The position numbers were made by a program, and so were the translations under genes. Positions 40,879 through 51,700 of a DNA stretch of 64,000 nt are shown piece after piece. This DNA is from Nannocystis sp. RBIL2 (GTDB taxonomy: Bacteria > Myxococcota_A > Polyangia > Nannocystales > Nannocystaceae). The first letter of the stretch is position 1. Every line of letters begins with the position of its first letter. The notes under the pieces were generated by a model that worked only from the letters and a program-made list of their open reading frames with translations, was not told the origin of the DNA and searched no databases. The stretch is from contig NZ_JAPNJW010000001.1 of NCBI RefSeq assembly GCF_026626745.1, positions 844,311 through 908,310 of the forward strand, written 5' to 3'.

Positions 40879-42591
40879 ATGCATCACACTCGCTGCATTC
40901 ATGTCCTGTCCCTCGTTGCGAGCGGCGCGCTCGCGTTCATGTCACACGGTTGCGAAGACGGCGACGACGATGCCGTGTTCGCGCGCGCCGGCGGGCCGGT
41001 GACCGTCAGCTTCCAGGACGGCCAGGCGCCGACCAGCAGCTACGCCGGCACTCGCGACACCATGCTCGACGGCGACTCGCCCACCGCCAAGAACGGCGCC
41101 GATACCAGCCTGTCGGTCGAGGCGGACACCGAGGTCCTGGCGCTGCTGTCGTGGGACCTGAGCGCCGCGATCCCGACCACCGCGGTCGTCGAGTCGGTCA
41201 GCATCACCCTCGAGATCTCCGACAAGAGCCCGGAGACGTTCTCGCTGTACGAGGCCAAGCGCGCGTGGAACGAGGCGAACGCGACCTGGAAGGTGTGGAA
41301 CACCGGCAGCAGCTGGCAGACGGCCGGCGGCTACGGCGTGAGTGACCGCGGGACCGCCGCGCTCGGCTCGTTCTCCGCGGCCGACACCGGCGCCGTCACC
41401 TTCTCCCTCAACGCCGCCGGCGTCGCGCTGGTGCAGCAGTGGGTGGCGAACCCGGGCAAGAACCGCGGCTTCTTCCTCGACGGTGCGGGTACCAGCAATC
41501 GGCTCGAGTTCCGCGCCAGCGAGTACGGCACCAAGGCCAAGCGGCCCAAGCTGAGCGTGACCTGGCACGAGGCCGAGGAGGGCGGCACCACCGGTGACGA
41601 CGGCGGCGAGGTCGTGCTCGACCCGACGCCCGGCAAATACAAGCAGAGCTGCGACGGTTCGTTCGGCGTCGCCCTCGACGGCGCCTACTTCCTCGACGGC
41701 AACGACGAAAACCAGGGCCTGCGAGTCTACCAGCGCGGCGCCGACGCCAACGCCGCCAAGACCTTCGACGTGTCCTCCAGCATCGGCCTGTCGAGCTCCG
41801 ACGAAGCGGACCTCGAGGACGCGGCGCGGATCGGCGACCGGATCTACGTCGTCAGCTCGCACGGGCGCGACAAGAGCGGCAAGCTCGAGCGGATGCGCTA
41901 CCGCTTCTTCGCCGTCGACGTCGCCGGGACCGCACCGAACGTGTCGCTGACGACCGTCGGCTATACCTCGAAGCTTCTCGACGACATGATCAAGAGCGCC
42001 AACTGGCTGACGCCGAACGCGAGCGTGATAGCGACGCTCAGCACCGCGGCCAACCTGAGCAAGTCCACCGACGCCAACCTCGCGCCCAAGGTGAACGGCG
42101 CCAACATCGAGGGCCTCGCCTGGCTGCCCACGGCACAGCGCCCCAAGCAGTTGGTGATCGGCTTCCGCAACCCGCTACAAGGCACCGACGCGATCCTGGT
42201 CACGCTGCTCAACGCCGACGCAGCGCTGAACGGCGCCGTCGCGCAGTTCGGCGAGGCGATCCTGCTCGACCTCGGCGGCCTGCGCGTGCGCGGGATGGCG
42301 TGGTCACCGGTTCACGCGGCGATGCTGATCCTCGGCGGGCCGAAGGACGGCACCGCGGGGCCGTACCGCCTCTACAAGTGGAGCGGCGTCGCCGACCAGG
42401 CGCCGGTGCTGGTCCAGAACATCACCTCGTTCCCGAGCGACTCGGGGCCGGAGAGCATCGTCGTCTACCCCGACACCCACGACGTGCAGATCGTCTTCGA
42501 CCAGGGCGAACACCTGATCAGCGGCACGATCTGCAAGGACAATTCGCTCTCCAGTCAGTACTTCAGCGACGTCGTCGTCCACGTCCCGTGA
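40879..42591 (+). CDS. Secreted DNRLRE-domain / DUF3616-domain protein.
   Basis: Signal peptide present. The N-terminal domain has GTSNRLEFRASEYG ... PKLSVTW, the DNRLRE-type motif. The C-terminal beta-rich domain resembles DUF3616. Both family calls are from memory. Confidence 0.6.
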   Translation: MHHTRCIHVLSLVASGALAFMSHGCEDGDDDAVFARAGGPVTVSFQDGQAPTSSYAGTRDTMLDGDSPTAKNGADTSLSVEADTEVLALLSWDLSAAIPTTAVVESVSITLEISDKSPETFSLYEAKRAWNEANATWKVWNTGSSWQTAGGYGVSDRGTAALGSFSAADTGAVTFSLNAAGVALVQQWVANPGKNRGFFLDGAGTSNRLEFRASEYGTKAKRPKLSVTWHEAEEGGTTGDDGGEVVLDPTPGKYKQSCDGSFGVALDGAYFLDGNDENQGLRVYQRGADANAAKTFDVSSSIGLSSSDEADLEDAARIGDRIYVVSSHGRDKSGKLERMRYRFFAVDVAGTAPNVSLTTVGYTSKLLDDMIKSANWLTPNASVIATLSTAANLSKSTDANLAPKVNGANIEGLAWLPTAQRPKQLVIGFRNPLQGTDAILVTLLNADAALNGAVAQFGEAILLDLGGLRVRGMAWSPVHAAMLILGGPKDGTAGPYRLYKWSGVADQAPVLVQNITSFPSDSGPESIVVYPDTHDVQIVFDQGEHLISGTICKDNSLSSQYFSDVVVHVP

Positions 42592-42617
42592 GTCGCCGAC
42601 GGTGCGAGGCTCTCGCC

Positions 42618-42639
42618 GGACGTCTATTCGTTGACGTCC
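42618..42639. terminator. Hairpin GGACGTC-N8-GACGTCC at the convergent junction of 40879..42591(+) and the cytochrome c gene(-).
   Basis: A 7-bp perfect inverted repeat that overlaps the cytochrome c stop. There is no U-tract, which is typical of high-GC genomes. Confidence 0.3.
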
Positions 42640-43130
42640 GACGAGACCCGGTCGCCGGTGTGATCGCCCTTGGCCGCGTCCTGCTTGTCGTCGGCCTTGT
42701 CGCCTTCCGAGTGGAGCAGGAAGGTGGACGCGTTCTGCGGGCCGACTGTCTCGTCGGCGTCGACCCCGTTGGCCTTGAGGTCGAAGGCGACGATTGCCCA
42801 GTACTCGCCCTCATTGAGGCTGCCGGGGTTGTCCTTGGGCATCTCTTTGCTGATGAAGTCGAACACGTCCTGCGCGTTGTTGAAGCGGGCCAGCGCCGCC
42901 TCGCCGACCACCGCGGGCACATCGTCCTTGCCCTTGCCGAGCGCGCCGTGGCACTTCGCGCAGTGTTTTTCGAACAGCGTGCCGCCGGCGATCTTCTGCT
43001 CGGCGGGGCCGGGCGCGACCTCGGGGTCGGCGGGGTCCTGGGAACCACGCTTGGCGCAGCCCGAGAACTGCACCGCCACGAGCGCGCCAGCCAGAGTGAG
43101 GAACATGTTTCGAGGGAGGAGCGAGCGCAT
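42624..43130 (-). CDS. c-type cytochrome lipoprotein (mono-haem).
   Basis: The N-terminus MRSLLPRNMFLTLAGALVAVQFSGC has lipobox FSGC. CAKCH is the haem-binding CxxCH motif. A Met ligand region is downstream. Confidence 0.7.
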   Translation of the reverse strand: MRSLLPRNMFLTLAGALVAVQFSGCAKRGSQDPADPEVAPGPAEQKIAGGTLFEKHCAKCHGALGKGKDDVPAVVGEAALARFNNAQDVFDFISKEMPKDNPGSLNEGEYWAIVAFDLKANGVDADETVGPQNASTFLLHSEGDKADDKQDAAKGDHTGDRVSSDVNE

Positions 43131-43425
43131 GATGACCTCGGAGGCCTCTTGGGACGGGCCCGCGGGCGCGGCAAGCGAGCGCGCGACGACTGAACTCTTT
43201 CGTCGACGCAAGACGCACGCGCATCTGCAGCACGGTGCCAAAAACGCTTGCGCGCAAGCTCCGCAGAGAAGCTGCCTGGGCGCTTGGTAAAATCCCTCGT
43301 TACCAGGAATGTCTCGAGCGTCCTTCGAGACAGGCACCGAGCTCAGGCTCGCGGACGCCCGGCCGAGCGACGGCCGACTCCAGTCCTACTGACAATGACA
43401 TCTCCGATGAACGGGACACGTTGCC

Positions 43426-43785
43426 ATGAATCGATGGCGCACACGCCCTGCCCTGCGCCGATTCGCGGGTCGATCGAGCGTCGACCTCGGCGCGGGCGAC
43501 ATGTTCGCCATCGACGCGGCGAAGGTCGTCGGCGACGACCTCGTGCTCGACGTCGGCTACTGCGGCGGGTGCACCATGCACGACTTCACCCTGTGCTTCG
43601 CCGGGATCGTGCTCGACACCGACATCCTGCTGGTGCGGGTCCACCACGACGCCATGGGCGACGCATGCGAGGCGTTCATCACGGAGCAGCGCGTCGTCGA
43701 CTTGACGCCCCTGCAGCAGCTCATGCCCTCGCCGGTCAAGCTCGAGCTCGACGGCTGGCCAGATCTGCTGCAGTACGTCTATTGA
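43426..43785 (+). CDS. Hypothetical protein (the start may instead be ATG 43501).
   Basis: From MFAIDAAKVVGDDLVLDVGYCGGCTMHDFTLCF onward the composition is protein-like. I recognise no domain. Confidence 0.3.
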   Translation: MNRWRTRPALRRFAGRSSVDLGAGDMFAIDAAKVVGDDLVLDVGYCGGCTMHDFTLCFAGIVLDTDILLVRVHHDAMGDACEAFITEQRVVDLTPLQQLMPSPVKLELDGWPDLLQYVY

Positions 43786-44038
43786 AGGCCGCCCCGGGTC
43801 GATATTCACAGTGCGAATCGCGACCCGGAGCGTACGAGGCCCCTGCTGAAGCGCCTCCGACCCTATCCGCGTCGGCGGGCCGATGATCCGCCCCGGCAGC
43901 AGGGCCCCTCCGGTCCGAGCGCCCCGCCCCAATTGAACAGAACGTCGTTCGCACGGAGTTCCGCCCGTTGATGCCATGCCGGCGCCCTGGTCCAGTCTGG
44001 TACAGTTCGAGGCGCTGTCCGAGAGACAGGAGGATGAC

Positions 44039-44698
44039 ATGGCCCACCGCTGCCCCACGTGCCAGGAACGCGAGCTCGACACCCTAGCCACCCTACCCTA
44101 TGTCCGCGGGTTTCTCATCGCATATCAGATCGGCACCAAGAAGTTCATCGGCTGCCGTTCGTGCGTGCGCAAGTCGATCTTCAAGGAGGTCGGCCTGTCC
44201 GCCGTGGTCGGTTGGTTCAGCATCACAGCGCTTGTGATAAACCCGTTCCTGCTGGTCTACGGGGTCTTCCGCGGCGCCGTCCTGAGCCCCGATCCGGCGG
44301 CCGTCCGCAAGGCGCTCGCGGAGGCCGGCATCCCGCCCGACGACGCCGGCTTGAGCATCGTGCACATCGCGTACGGCCTCGCCGCGGCGATGATCGCCGC
44401 CGACGGCAAGATCGAGCGCGACGAGGTGAGCACGGCGATCCGGATCGGCGCCAACCTGTTCGAAGACTTCGAGGCCGACGCGCTGCTGCGCCTGCTGCAG
44501 CGGCCGAAGGACCTCCCGGACCCGGTCGACCTGGCCGGCGTACTCGCGCAGGTCCTCGACGAGCCGCAGAAGCTGGCCGTCTACCGCTACCTCGAGGCCA
44601 TCGCCGGCGCCGACGGCGAGGTCTCCGCCGACGAAGCCGCGCTGCTGCAGCGCGTTCACTCCCGCCTCGCCCTCGACCCCCAGCTCGCCGCCGCCTGA
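44039..44698 (+). CDS. TerB-like (tellurite-resistance TerB / DjlA N-terminal fold) protein with an N-terminal zinc ribbon and a TM helix.
   Basis: RBS gacaggagga lies 8 nt upstream. CPTCQ ... CRSC form a zinc ribbon. The TM helix is AVVGWFSITALVINPFLLVYGV. The C-terminal helical pair has the TerB-type spacing (ADGKIERDEV ... ADGEVSADEAALL). Confidence 0.55.
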   Translation: MAHRCPTCQERELDTLATLPYVRGFLIAYQIGTKKFIGCRSCVRKSIFKEVGLSAVVGWFSITALVINPFLLVYGVFRGAVLSPDPAAVRKALAEAGIPPDDAGLSIVHIAYGLAAAMIAADGKIERDEVSTAIRIGANLFEDFEADALLRLLQRPKDLPDPVDLAGVLAQVLDEPQKLAVYRYLEAIAGADGEVSADEAALLQRVHSRLALDPQLAAA

Positions 44699-44707
44699 AT
44701 GCCCGCG

Positions 44708-44735
44708 GGACCTGGCGTCGAATCGACGCCAGGTC
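44708..44735. terminator. GC-rich perfect hairpin GACCTGGCGTCG-AAT-CGACGCCAGGTC, 10 bp after the TerB-like stop.
   Basis: A 12-bp perfect stem with a 3-nt loop, in a convergent junction. Confidence 0.45.
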
Positions 44736-44806
44736 GTCGTCGGCGACCGCTCCACCGCTCGAACGCACGCTCGTTGTCGTGCTTTCGGTGGGGACAGGCC
44801 GGCGAT

Positions 44807-46669
44807 CTAGAGGGCACGCAGCGCGCGCAGCAACCCGGGGCCCATGACCAGTTCGCCGCGGGCGAGCCCTTGCTCGGTCTCGCCGCAGGACATCAGAAAG
44901 TCGTCGAGCGCCTCGCCGATGTCGGCTTCGACGAGCTTCTGCATGTCGAGCGCCCGGACCAGGTTGGGCTGGGCGGCGAGCGCTCCGCGGAGCCGGGCGA
45001 GGTCGAAGCCGAACAGCATGAACGCCTCGGGGTCGCGGGCTCGCAGCGACTTGAACCGCGGCTCGTCGCCGAGCCGGTGCTCGCCGCCTCGCGCCGCGAA
45101 CACCCGCCGCAGCACCGCCTCCTCGGCGCCGGGGGCGACGACGAAGTAGGCGTAGCCGTCGCGCTCGACGCGGTCGATGGCGACCCCCTCACGCGCGATC
45201 GAGGCGAGCGCCGGATCGATCGCTGCGATCTCGGCGAGCGCCCGGGCATGGACCGCGCGAATGGTCCAGCGATCGACCTCGGCGCCGTCGAGGCTCCATG
45301 CACCCGGGACGAACGACCACGCGAAGCTCTTCGCCAGGTCGCTGCGGAGCACCCCTGACTGCATGTTCTCGGTCCAGGCGAGCCACGACGCGCGGCCCGA
45401 CTGCCCGGGCGCGAGGCGCCGGATGCCGACCACGGTCAAGGGTGTGCCCGGATGATCGAGCATCGCCCACGCGGCCGAGCCGCTGTACAGCGCGCGATCC
45501 TCGAGGAAGTGACGGTTCAGCGCGACCTCGGCCGCGCTGGCCGAGCTGTCGTTGACGGCCGCCCACAGCGCGGCGAGGCTGGCGATCGCGTTGCGCACGT
45601 CGTCCTCGGTGATCGGCCCCGAGGTGTAGCGATTGATGCCGACGGTCGCCCACGGGTCGATGTCGTAGGCCACCAGCGCCACCACCTCACGCGGCAGACC
45701 GGCGAGGAGCTCCGGATCGAGGCTGCGCCCGCGCGTCAGGCTGTCCGCCGGGAAGCGACCGCCGACCCGCGGGATCAGCTGCGCGCCGAGAGAGAGCCGG
45801 CCGCGGTCGAGATCGACGAACCCGGTCACCTGCACGTATTCGCCGAACTTCTGCATCGCCGCGCGGTCGTTGCGACGCTCGGCCTCGATCCGCATCTCCC
45901 ACAGGCGGCGCTCGGACTCGCTGGTGGCGTTCAGCAGGCCGGTGGCCAGCTTGTCTTCGGGGACGTCGGCGAGCGCCAGGAGCGTGTCGCCATGGCGCGC
46001 GTACAGGTGCTCGGAGAACACCACGAACTCGAGGTCGCTGCGGACCGCGTCGGCGCGCCCGACCAGCGCCGACTCGATGTATTCGTCGACCTCCGCGAAG
46101 AAGCCGGTCTCGACGCTCAAGACGACGTCGCCGCCGATCGCGTCGATGAACACGGGGTAGCCACCGACCTCGAACTCGGCGACGTGACCGCTCGCGCCGG
46201 CCTGGCGGGCCCCGACGTCGGTCGTGAACTGGAGGGCCCCGCCGCGGTAACCCAGCGAGCAGGCCACCCGCGGCGCGGGCGAAAGCTCGCCGACGACGCA
46301 GCCGAACGGTCGCTCGAGATCGGCATGTTCGGCCAGAGCCGGCGGCAGCCCGGTCGACAGCACGACGAACCCGAGCAGCCCGGCCGGCGTCGCCAGGCCG
46401 CTCATGCGCGGCGGCAGCACCTGCTCGCCGAGCTCCGCGAGCCACGCCGCGGGTCGCGGGAGGAGCAGGTGGCCGAAGACCGGCGCTTCGCGGCGATCGA
46501 TCGCGGTCGCCGGGAATGTGCGCGCGGGGCTCTCGATCCACGGCGCTTCGACGGGCCCGGCCGTAGCGGCCGGATTCGGCGCGTCGGCGACGTCCGCGGG
46601 ACGCTCGGGATCGGCGCCGCCGCAGGCGCACACGAGGAGACCGCAGAGCGAGGAGCGAAGCTTGCGCAT
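44807..46669 (-). CDS. Large lipoprotein of unknown function.
   Basis: ATG at 46669 (MRKLRSSLCGLLVCACGG, lipobox LVCAC). About 620 aa of protein-like sequence. Confidence 0.55.
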   Translation of the reverse strand: MRKLRSSLCGLLVCACGGADPERPADVADAPNPAATAGPVEAPWIESPARTFPATAIDRREAPVFGHLLLPRPAAWLAELGEQVLPPRMSGLATPAGLLGFVVLSTGLPPALAEHADLERPFGCVVGELSPAPRVACSLGYRGGALQFTTDVGARQAGASGHVAEFEVGGYPVFIDAIGGDVVLSVETGFFAEVDEYIESALVGRADAVRSDLEFVVFSEHLYARHGDTLLALADVPEDKLATGLLNATSESERRLWEMRIEAERRNDRAAMQKFGEYVQVTGFVDLDRGRLSLGAQLIPRVGGRFPADSLTRGRSLDPELLAGLPREVVALVAYDIDPWATVGINRYTSGPITEDDVRNAIASLAALWAAVNDSSASAAEVALNRHFLEDRALYSGSAAWAMLDHPGTPLTVVGIRRLAPGQSGRASWLAWTENMQSGVLRSDLAKSFAWSFVPGAWSLDGAEVDRWTIRAVHARALAEIAAIDPALASIAREGVAIDRVERDGYAYFVVAPGAEEAVLRRVFAARGGEHRLGDEPRFKSLRARDPEAFMLFGFDLARLRGALAAQPNLVRALDMQKLVEADIGEALDDFLMSCGETEQGLARGELVMGPGLLRALRAL

Positions 46670-46774
46670 CACCCCTCGAAGGTACCCGTTCGCGCGGCCG
46701 ATGGCGGCCGCCAAAACATCGTGCTCCGGTTCGACGCGGCCCGGCCGGAGCTGGCGCGGGCCAGCGGCGGTTGC

Positions 46775-48274
46775 CTACGGGCGCGGCAGGTCGATGTTGA
46801 AGGTCGTCCCTTCGCCCGCGGCCGAGTGTACGGCCACGTAACCGCCGTGCGCGTCGACGATCTCGCGGACGATGAACAGGCCGAGGCCGATGCTTCGCTC
46901 GCGATCGAGGCGCTGCTCGCCGCGGCGGAACGGTTGGAACAGCGACGAGATCGACTCCGGCGGGATGGGCGGGCCGTCGTTGTGGACGAGCACCTGCGCG
47001 CGCGTTCCATGGCCGACGCTGCGGACGGTGACCGGCGTGCCGGGGAGCCCGTAGCTGAGCGCGTTGCGGACGAGGTTGCCGACCGCCTGGGCGAGCCGAT
47101 CGGGGTCCCAGCGGCCTTGGCCGTCGCCCTCGGCCTGGTGGACGATGATTCGGTCGGGATGGTTGAGCGCCATCTCGTCGACGACGTGCCGGCACACCTC
47201 GTGGATCTCGACCGGCTGGGGATCGATCGGGAGCCGTCCGCTCGCGCGCACCTGCGTGAAGTCGAGCAGGTCGCGGATCAACCGGCTCGCACGCTCGCCG
47301 CTGCGGACGATCCGCTGCACGACGTCGGCATGCGGCGAGTCGGGCGACAGGGTCTCGGCCATCAACGTGGCGCCGTACAGCATCGCCGACAGCGGGTTGC
47401 GCAGGTCGTGGCTGACGATCCCGATCAGCTGCTGCTCGAACTCCGCCTGGCGTCGCTGCTCGGTGACGTCACGCGCAGTGGCGACCAGCCGCTCCGGCTT
47501 GCCGCTCGCGTCGAGCACCGGCGAGACGATGACGTCCCACCACACCGGCGCGCCGTCGAGCGTCGGCCCGCGCCCGACGAGCCGACCGACCTTGCCGGCG
47601 CGCGCCGTGGCGAGCGCCTCGGCGACCTCCTGGCGGTGCGCGCTGCTCCACAGCTCGACCCACGGGCGGCCGCGGAGCTGGCCGGGCTCGGCGGCGCCGA
47701 GCATGCGCAGTCCGCCGGGGCTGATCGACAGCATGCGCCCCTCGAGGTCGAGCACGACGATGCCGTCGTGGCTCGACTCGAGGATCCGCCGGCTGAACTC
47801 CTCGCTCGCGCGCAGGGCCTCCTGCGCCGCGCGGGTCGCCAGCTCCGACGCGCGCAGGCGCAGCGCGTGGCGGACGCTCTGCCCGAGCCGCTGAGGCGTC
47901 AGCGCGCCCTTGGCGATGTAGTCGACGGCCCCGTTCTTCATCAGCTCGACCGCCAGCGCGGTGTCCTCGTGCCCGGTGAGCACGATCGCCGGCATGAACA
48001 CGTCGAGCTCTCGCAGCCCGCGGAGCACGACCAGGCCGTCGTGACGCGGGAATTGATAGTCGAGCACCACGACCTCGACCGGCGACCGGCGCAGGCGCGC
48101 GAGCGCGGCGATCGGGTCGTCCTCCTCGACCAGCGTGACCTCGAGGCCGGACCTGGCAAAGGCTCGACGGACCAGCTCGCGGTCGAGCTCGTCGTCGTCG
48201 ATCACCAGCACGCGCACCGGCTCGCCGGGGCGCGGGCTCGAAACATTCTCCTGCTCGGGGGGAGGCGGGGTCAC
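46775..48274 (-). CDS. Hybrid REC-PAS-histidine kinase.
   Basis: An N-terminal receiver (VLVIDDDELDREL ... VVLDYQFP), a PAS domain, the H-box SHDLRNPLS, and HATPase N and G boxes. Confidence 0.85.
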   Translation of the reverse strand: MTPPPPEQENVSSPRPGEPVRVLVIDDDELDRELVRRAFARSGLEVTLVEEDDPIAALARLRRSPVEVVVLDYQFPRHDGLVVLRGLRELDVFMPAIVLTGHEDTALAVELMKNGAVDYIAKGALTPQRLGQSVRHALRLRASELATRAAQEALRASEEFSRRILESSHDGIVVLDLEGRMLSISPGGLRMLGAAEPGQLRGRPWVELWSSAHRQEVAEALATARAGKVGRLVGRGPTLDGAPVWWDVIVSPVLDASGKPERLVATARDVTEQRRQAEFEQQLIGIVSHDLRNPLSAMLYGATLMAETLSPDSPHADVVQRIVRSGERASRLIRDLLDFTQVRASGRLPIDPQPVEIHEVCRHVVDEMALNHPDRIIVHQAEGDGQGRWDPDRLAQAVGNLVRNALSYGLPGTPVTVRSVGHGTRAQVLVHNDGPPIPPESISSLFQPFRRGEQRLDRERSIGLGLFIVREIVDAHGGYVAVHSAAGEGTTFNIDLPRP

Positions 48275-48684
48275 GGCATCTCGACCAGGGTCCAGTACTT
48301 GTTGAGCGTCGCCATCAGGTCGATGAAGTTGCCGAACGTGACCGGCTTGAGCAGGTAGCCGGCGACGTTGAGCTTGAACGCGTCGATCTTGTCGCGCTCC
48401 TCGTTCGAGGTCGTCAGCACCACGACCGCCGTGGTCTGCAGCGCCGAGTCGGCGCGGAGGGCCCTCAGGAACTCGATGCCGTTCATCTTCGGCATGTTGA
48501 TGTCGAGCAGCACCAGCCGGCGCGGTCCGAGCGAGCCGTCGCGCAGCTTCTCCAGCGCCTCGAGCCCGTTGTTGGCGACGTGGATCGGGTTGGTCAGCCG
48601 GTTGCGCTGGAAGGCGCGCTTGACGGTCAGGACGTCGACCTCGTCGTCATCGACCAGAAGGATGTGCAGCTCGCGGTTGTCCAT
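48271..48684 (-). CDS. Single-domain CheY-like response regulator.
   Basis: HILLVDDDEVDVLTVKRAF ... LVLLDINMPKMNG ... VVLTTS. The start overlaps the downstream kinase by 4 nt. Confidence 0.85.
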   Translation of the reverse strand: MDNRELHILLVDDDEVDVLTVKRAFQRNRLTNPIHVANNGLEALEKLRDGSLGPRRLVLLDINMPKMNGIEFLRALRADSALQTTAVVVLTTSNEERDKIDAFKLNVAGYLLKPVTFGNFIDLMATLNKYWTLVEMP

Positions 48685-48772
48685 CAGGGCTCGTGTCAGG
48701 GCCGTCTCTGGCGGGATGAAGAGTCAGCTTCGACGCGACTGGCGAAGAAAGCAAGGCGCGCCGGGCCCGCTC

Positions 48773-51700
48773 TCAGCCCGAGCGCTTGGGCCAGCGCACG
48801 AGGAACGTCGCTCCTGCGCCGGGTTGCGACTCGAGGGCGACGCTGCCTCCGCGGCTCTCGACGATCTTCTTGACGACCGACAGCCCGATCCCCGCGCCCT
48901 CGAACTTGTCACGCGACTCGAGCGTCTGGAACAGGCCCCAAATCCTTTCGTGGAATTCAGGCGCGATCCCCGGCCCGTCGTCGCGGAACGAGAATTCGTA
49001 CAGTTGGCCGGCGTCGCGCCACGAGACAGCGATGTGGACATCGTCGCGGCGCGCGTGCTTCAGGGCGTTGCTGATCAGGTTCTGGAACACCTGCTGGAGC
49101 GGGACGCGCTCGGTGGTCAGCGTCGGCATGCCCGGGGCGATCGTGATCCGTGCGGAGGGCGGCGGGCTCAGCAGTTCGACCACCTCGGCCAACAACTGAC
49201 CGGTGTCGACGGTGATCGCATCGACGCGGACGCGGCCAGCGCGCGAGTAGTGGAGGATCCCGTCGATCAGCGTCTCGAGCCGGAGCACGCGCCCGCGCAG
49301 CAGGTGCATGTGCCGCTGCGACTCCTCGTCGAGCTTGTCGGCGAGCGCCTCCTCGATCCACTGCGACAGGCTGGCGATCCCACGCAGCGGCGCCTTCAGG
49401 TCGTGCGAGGCGACGTAGGCGAACTGGTCGAGCTCCTTGTTCGAGAGCGCCAGCTCCTCGGAGAGCCGCTCGACGCGTTGACGCGCGAGCACCTGCTCGG
49501 TGACCTCGAAGGCGACGACCATGGCGCCGGTGACCACGTCGCTCGCGTCGCGGATCGGCTGCGCGACAGAATTGAAGTACGCCTCCCGCACGACGCCCTG
49601 GCGCAGGACCGGGATGTTGAGCTCGAACACGTGGACGGGCTGGCCGGTCGCCAGCACTGCGTCGAGAGACGTGATGAGGGCGTGCTCGCCGATCTCCGGG
49701 AACACCTCGCGCACGGTCTTGCCCACCAGCTCCGGACGCCCGAGCATCTCGCAGTACGGCGGGTTGGCGACCTCGTAGCGGTGCTCCGGACCGACGAACA
49801 CGGCGATCGGCACGGGCGCCTGCATGAACAGGTCGTACAGCTTCTCGCGCTCGCGCTCCGCGGCGGCGCGCAGGCGGGCGATCTGCAGGTGAGTGGCGAC
49901 GCGGGCGACCAGCTCGCGCGCGGAGAACGGCTTGACGAGGTAGTCGTCGGCGCCGGCCTCGAGGCCCTCGACGCGCGACTCCTCGCCTGCGCGCGCCGAC
50001 AGCATCAGCACCGGGAGCCGCCGCGTGCGCGGGTCCTCGCGCAGCGCGCGGAGCAGACCGAAGCCGTCGAGGTTCGGCATCATGACGTCGGTCAAGACGA
50101 GGTCGGGCGGGTTCTCCAGCGCCGCCGCGAGCGCGACAGCGCCGTCCGGGACGGCATCGACGATCCACCGCTGCTGCAGCACGCGGCCGACGTAGTCGCG
50201 CATGTCGGCGTTGTCGTCGGCGAGCAAGATCCGCGCCGACGGTCCGGCGTCGAGCGCCGGGTCGGAGGCCGCCACCAGCGCGTCCGCGGCGAGGTCGTCG
50301 TCGCCTTGCTGCGGGCCCGCGAGCCAGCGCAGCGCCTCCTGCACGTACGGCGCCGCGCCAGCCGCGGACGATAGCTGCGTGCGGCGGACGTTGATCTTTT
50401 CGGCGGGCAGGTGCGCGTGGCCGCGAGGGATCGTGACCGTGAACGTCGTGCCGACGCCGACCTCGCTGGTGGCGTGGATCGTCCCCTCGTGCAGGCGCAC
50501 GAGCTCGTGGACCAGCGCGAGCCCGATCCCCGAGCCCTCGTGGGTCCGCGAGCGCGCGCCCTGGACCCGGTGAAAGCGGCGGAACAGGTGCGACAGCTCG
50601 TGCTCCGGGATGCCGGTGCCGGTGTCCCGGACGGTCAGCTCGACGCGGTCGCCGTGCAGGCGCAACGCGACCGCGATCGTGCCCTCGAACGTGAACTTGA
50701 GCGCGTTCGACAGCAGGTTGAGCACGATCTTCTCCCACATGTCGTGGTCGACGTGGATCGGCTCGGACAGCGGCGGGCAGTCGACGTCGAACACGAGCCC
50801 CGCGCGCTCGACAGCCGAGCGGAATGCGCTCGCCAGGTCGGTCGTCAGCGCCGCCAAGTCGGTCGGCTCGTACGACGCCTGGATCCGGCCGGCCTCGATG
50901 CGCGAGAAGTCGAGCAGGACGTTGACGAGCTTGAGCAGGCGGACTGCGTTGCGGTACGCGGTGTCAAGGTCGGCGCCCTCGAGCCGGCGCTTGGCCGCCG
51001 AGAGCGCGTCCTCGAGCGGGCCGAGCATCAGCGTCAGCGGGGTGCGGAACTCGTGGCTGACGTTGCTGAAGAAGATCGTCTTGGCGCGATCGAGCTCGGC
51101 GAGCGCCTCGGCCCGCCGCCGCTCCTCCTCGTAGGCCTGCGCGTTGGCGATGCTGGCCGCGAGCTGCCCGGCGACCAGCTGCAAGAACCCGCGGTAGTTG
51201 TCGTCGAGCTTGCGGAACGGGCTCAGGCCGACGAGCAGGACCCCGGCGCGACCGGTCTCCCCCGACGGGGCGATCGGCAGGGCGACCGCGTGCGTCGGCG
51301 GCCGCGGCCAGGCGCCGGCGGGGATGTCCCCGAGGACAGGCGGTATCTCGACGACGCGCTCGTGCCCGTGGAGCGCCTCGGCGAACGGCCACACGGAGTC
51401 CTCGAGCGTCGACGCGACCTCCGGCGCGCCGGCGTGGCCGCGCGGGAGCCCGGCCGCTCCCGCGAGCTGTACGCGGCGCCGGTCGGCGTCGGCGATGTAG
51501 ATCAGCGCGAACGGCAGGTCCTTCGGGTTGGTCTGCAGCGACGCCGCGCCGCGGACGCACACCTCTTCCCACGTGCGCGCCTCGGTCGTGCGCGCCGCCA
51601 GCTCGCGCAGCAGCGAGAGCTGGCGCTCGCCGATGATCCGCTGCGTATCGTCGGTGTTGGCGCAGATGATCCCGCCGGTCCCGCCCTGGTCGTTCGGCAC